From Sphyrna mokarran (lineage: Eukaryota), in contig JAGIQG010000040.1 in NCBI GenBank assembly GCA_024679065.1, positions 558,001 through 622,000 on the forward strand: DNA of 64,000 nt, given 5' to 3'. The first letter of the stretch is position 1; the number at the start of each line of letters is the position of its first letter. Positions 59,261 through 64,000 of this stretch are shown piece after piece. The notes beneath the pieces are model-generated. The model made no database searches. It saw only the letters and a list, made by a program, of their open reading frames with translations, and was not told the DNA's origin. A program made the translations under genes and the position numbers.

Positions 59261-61364
59261 CCCCTCCACCCACTTCAGGGTAGTGAGCAAATCACCGCTC
59301 TCCCAAAAACTGACTGAGTGTGGATGATTGCATTCCAGACCATGCCTGACAGACCAGTGCGGATTGCTCTGGTATTCCCGCCAATATGAGACAGAGGATG
59401 GAATTTTCCAGCCTTTCATACCAGCAGGGTTCTCCAGTCCAGCTGCAGTGAATGAAGCCTTGGCTAAGTGCCAAATTCTCTGTCCTCACTTGCAGCAGGA
59501 GCAGGGCCCCAACAACTGGAAAATTCCTGCCTTTTTTTTGGAAAATTCTGCCCAATGGCTGGAATTTAACTGATCTGCCTGCCATAGGAATCGGAGTAGG
59601 AGAGGAGCGGACCTAGGAAAGGTCTGTTGACATTGAGCGGGATTTTACGATACCACGATGAACTAGGCCATAAAATCCCGGCTAGTGTTCCAAGTCCAAT
59701 CCAGAAATTCTTTGGAATGGTCTTCTGAGTTTTCCCAGCACTTTCTGCTTTTATTTCAGATATTCAACATCTGCAACGTTTTGCTTTCATATGAAGAAAG
59801 TCAACAAAATCTAAGGGCAACACATTGGCGCAGTGGTTCGCACTGCTGCCTCAGCGCCAGGGACCTGGGTTCAGTTCCAGCCTCGGGTCACTGTCTGTGT
59901 GGAGTTTGCACATTCTCCCCACACGTTTCCTCCCGGTGCTCAGGTTTCGTCCCACAGTCCAAACATGTGTGGGTTAGGTTAATTGGCCATGCTAAATTGA
60001 CACTAGTGTCAAGGCAATTGGCAGGGTAAATATGTAGGCGTGATGTAGAGATGCTGGTGTTGCACTGGGGTAAGCACAGTAATCAGTCTCATAGCACCAG
60101 GTTAAAGTCCAACAGCAGTGAGTGCCACTCAGCTGAAGAAGGAACAGCGCTTCGAAAGCTCATGCTAACAATTAAACCTGTTGACTTTAACCCGGTGTAA
60201 CGAGATTTCTTACTGTAATTAAGTGGGGTTACAGGAATAGGTTGGAATTGTGATTGGTGGGCCGAATGGCCTCCTTCTGCACTGTGGGTATTCTATGGAT
60301 TTTATGACTAACCGTTCCTCCAGGGTCACAGGGCAATGGAATTTACTTGGTTAACTTCCAACACAATATAGATCTGGATGGATCGTAATATAAGATCTCA
60401 CTCTCTCTCTCTCTCTCTCAACCTTTCTGCAACCAACAGTACATAGGTCAGACTTCCGTCTGATTCTGTTGCTAATTATTCCCAGAACAGGGCACTAGTT
60501 GGTCGCCGGGGGCTTATAGTTTGGGGGGCATTTCACCACATCAAGCACAGCCACCCTCATACACACATCAGACAAACTAAGGGACAATTTAATGCGGACA
60601 ATCCACCTAACTTGCACGTCTTTGGACTGTGGGAGGAAAAAGTAGCACCCAGCAAAAAATAATACAAAATGCTGCTGAATAAATAAATCACAGTACAGAA
60701 TAGTGTTCGATCAGAGCTAAATATACTGGTGAATAAATTATAATGCAATAAAATGGCAAATTATAATGTGAAACAGGATTTATACCTCCAGTTTCTCTCT
60801 CTCTTTACCGCTCTATAATCATTATTCAGTTCATTTCCTTTCCCAATCCACATTACACTCCTTCTGTCTAATTTCTCTCTCGTGCTTTATAACACATTCC
60901 TCCCCTCTCTCTTCTCCTCATTCCGATCACAGGGCCTCCATCTCTCTCAGTGTGACAGGCAGCTACTGCACTGTTTCCCAGGTTAGCAGCCAAAGTCCTG
61001 CCTTTCCTCACCCACAATTCACCCACTTACAAATCCAGTCTGAGAGAGGAATAAACCGCTCCCTTACCATGTCACTGGGCTCCGCTCCCCCTGCGGAAAC
61101 TTCGCTCAGCTCCCGATACTAATCACCTCTTTCTCTCTGTCTGTCAGGGAGTGAATGCCAAGGCACTCTGTCCTCAGTATAATTTTCACACTCCATAGCT
61201 TCCAATAACGGCCTGGGCCTCTGCTTCCTGTTTTGAGTTTATTGCTTCTCTCCGAGCAGTCATTGCCAGGCAGTCAATTTGTACAGTGCACTAAACTCTG
61301 TCTGTCCAGGAAAAGACAGGGAGGGGAGAGAGAAGCAGGAGGCAGCAGGGAAGAATCACAGGAT

Positions 61365-61935
61365 CCCTACAGTGCAGAAAGAGGTCATTCGGCCCAGGCG
61401 AGTCTGCACTGACCACTATCTCATCCAGACCCATTTCCCACAATCCCTCATATATACCCCGCTAATTCCTCTAACCTGCTCATCTTTGGACACCAAGGGA
61501 CAATTTTCTACGGCCAATCCACTTAATCTGCACATCTTTAGAGAAGAAGGGACAATTCAGCATAGCCAATCCATCTAACCTGCACATCTTTGCACACTAA
61601 CGGACGATTTAGCATAGCCAATCCACCTAATCTGCACATCTTTGGACACTAAGAGACAATTTAACATGGTCAATCCACCTAACTTTGGACACTAAGGGGC
61701 AATTTGCATAGCAATCCACCAAACCTATACATCTTTTGGACAATAAGGGGCAATTTGGCATGACCAGTCCACCAAATCTGCATATCTTTTGGACTGTAGG
61801 AGGAAACCGGCACCCCCAGGAGGAAATCCACACAGTCACAAAGAAAATGTGCAAATTTCACACAGACAATGATCCACGCTAGGAATCAAACCCTGCGGCT
61901 GTGAGGCCACAGTGCTAACCCACTGTGCCTACTAT
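61365..61935 (-). mobile_element. HE1-like SINE with internal tandem duplication of the ~50-bp GGTGGATTGG...AAATTG module
   Basis: Reverse complement of the 4033-4815 element, with several degenerate copies of AATCCACCTAACCTGCACATCTTTGGACACTAAGGGACAATTT. Confidence 0.7.
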
Positions 61936-63154
61936 GCTGTCCATAAGGGAAAGAGACATTGACAGAGAAGGGAAAGAGAGAATAAAGTAGGGAAGGAGTA
62001 GAGAAATAATAGGGGAGATAGAGAATGAGAGTGGGCAAAAGAGAGAGAGGGAAGGAGTAAACAGGGAAGCAGGGAGGGAAGGGGAGGGATGAAAGCAGTT
62101 ACGAATGGGAGGGAGGAGGGAATAGTGGGGCAAGGGAGGGATAAAGGTAGTCTGTTTGTACACAGTGCAGCTCTGTTCTTGCACAGGGTCAAGTAGAGAG
62201 AGGAAGAGGGTGGGAAAGTGTGAGGGGAACCACTTATGAACTATTTCCATCCCCATATGAGATAGAATGGGGAAAGAAAGAGACAGGATACTGGGATGAA
62301 TACATGCAGGGGTTTTATAAGGTGGGAGCTTCAGAATGGAGCTGTTACTTTATTCTTTCGTGGGATGTGAATGCCTCTCGCAACACCAGCATTTGTTGCT
62401 CCTATCCCTAAATACGCTTGAGAAGTTGGTGGTGCCCAGGTTTCTTAAGCTGCTGCAGGCCATGTGGTGAAGCAACACCCACAGTGCTGTTAGGAAGGGA
62501 TTAGGGGCTTTGACCAGTGACAGTGAAGGAATGGCAGATACAGTTCCATATCAGGATGGTGTGTGACTTGGAGGGGAACATGCAGGTCTCAAAGGGACTG
62601 GACTTTCACATGGCTTGGGGAGAGTTTCATGTTTGGGGGAGTTTCCTGGGGATAATTTGACAGATAGAGTTTCACAGTGAGCAGGTTTTACAGGGGTAAG
62701 TTTTACCAAGTCCTCCTCTAACCCTGCAACCCTGCAAGATATCTGTGCTCCTCCAACTCTAGTCTCTTGTCCATCGCTGATCTTAGTTGTTCCATTATCA
62801 GTAGCTGTGGTTTCAGCTCTAAGTGTTGGAGTGAGCTCTCTACTCCTCCCTGCCTCTCTGTGTCAATTTCCTCATGAAGATGCTCCTTAAAACCTACATC
62901 TTTAGTCAAACTTTTGGCCATGTGCCCTCAGATCTCCTTCTGTGACTTGGTATCAAACATTGTTTGAACTCCTGTGACACACGTTGGGATGTTCTAATTC
63001 CCTAAAGCAGCTATATAATGGCAATTTATTGTTGTTGGTCTGGATATTGGAAATTCCCTAATGTCTAATCTTTCCAGATTAGAACAGAATCAAAGAATCC
63101 CTCCAGTGCAGAAAAAGGCCCATTGAGTCTGCACTGACCACAATTCCACCCGGG

Positions 63155-63987
63155 CCCTATGCCCTGTCTACATCAACGGGAACAAAATAGAAAGAGTCGA
63201 CAGCTTCAAGTTTTTAGGTGTCCAGATCACCAACAACCTGTCCTGGTTCCCCGCCATGCCAACATTATAGTTAAGAAAATCCACCAACATCCCTACTTTC
63301 TCAGAAGACGAAGGAAATTTGGCACGTCACTACGACTCTCACCAAGTTTTACAAATACAAGAGAAAGCATTCTTTCTGGTTGTATCACAGCTTGGTATGG
63401 GCTCCTGCTCTGCCCAAGACCGCAAGGAACTACAAAAGGGTGGTGAATGTAACCCAATCCATCACGCAAACCAGCCTCCCATCCACTGACTCTGTCTACA
63501 CTTCCCACTGCCTCGGGAAAAGCAGCCGGCATAATTAAGGACCCCACGCACCCCTGACATTCTTTCTTCCAGCTTCTTCCATCGGGAAAAAGACACAAAA
63601 GTCTGAGGTCACGTACCGACCGACCCAGTTTCTTCCCTGCTGCTGTCAGACTTTTGAATAGACCTAGATCACATTAAGTTGACCTTTTTCCACACCCTAG
63701 CTATGACTGTAACACTACATTCTGCACTCTGTCCTTTCCTTCTCTATGAACAGTATGCTCCATCTGTACAGTAGAAATGAAACAATAATTTTCACTATAT
63801 AGTAACGCATGTGACAATAATAAATCCAATGAATAAATTCTCTCCACCCTAGCTATGACTGTACCATTATATTCTGTATCCTCTCATTTCCTTCTCTATG
63901 AACAGTATGCTTGGTCTGCATTGCCCACAAGAAACAATACTTTTCACTGTATGTTAATACATGTGACAATAATAAATCAAATCAAAA
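63155..63987 (+). mobile_element. Rex1/Babar-like LINE 3' fragment with duplicated 3' UTR
   Basis: YFLRRRRKFG...ESILSGCITAWYG peptide and AATAATAAATCAAATCAAA tail. Confidence 0.75.
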
Positions 63988-64000
63988 GCCCACATATTTA

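Noticed and set aside
61025-61250. Possible first exon of a convergent minus-strand gene (ATG|GTAAG at 61070-61063, Ets-like site ~61225)
   Set aside because: No downstream coding exons were identified and the neighbouring splice-like sites are too close for a valid intron.

Overview
Eukaryotic, repeat-rich DNA from a cartilaginous fish. The shark/elasmobranch assignment rests on HE1-like V-SINEs, CR1-type LINEs and the clustered immunoglobulin organisation. The window holds one complete, apparently intact, germline (unrearranged) IgW heavy-chain cluster on the + strand: TATA/Ets/GC-box promoter (~27.8 kb), leader (27951-27999), VH (28121-28419), D1 (28995-29010), D2 (29386-29392), JH (29798-29845), six constant exons (C1 36377-36691, C2 38915-39214, C3 43307-43609, C4 43700-44017, C5 53019-53339, C6 plus secretory tail 53496-53878), TM1 (56174-56316) and a probable TM2 (58465-58479). 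RSS spacing is V(23)-(12)D1(23)-(12)D2(12)-(23)J. The first 27 kb is mostly tandem arrays and retroelement fragments, plus some unidentified exon-like relics. Points worth follow-up: (i) a second 23-RSS 48 nt upstream of JH whose use would add 16 open codons to CDR3; (ii) young, shuffled paralogy between the C2-C3 and C4-C5 introns, flanking C3-C4; (iii) a GC instead of GT at the C6-to-TM donor, and a stop-interrupted Cys-containing tail behind C2; (iv) a 3.2-kb array of SINE tRNA-heads in which each unit resembles a 12-RSS and carries a Pol III B box; (v) a 4.8-kb array of 3'-splice-site-like units abutting the V promoter. Nearly all other ORFs in the track are artefacts of repeats. All alignments and translations were done by eye; no searches were run.
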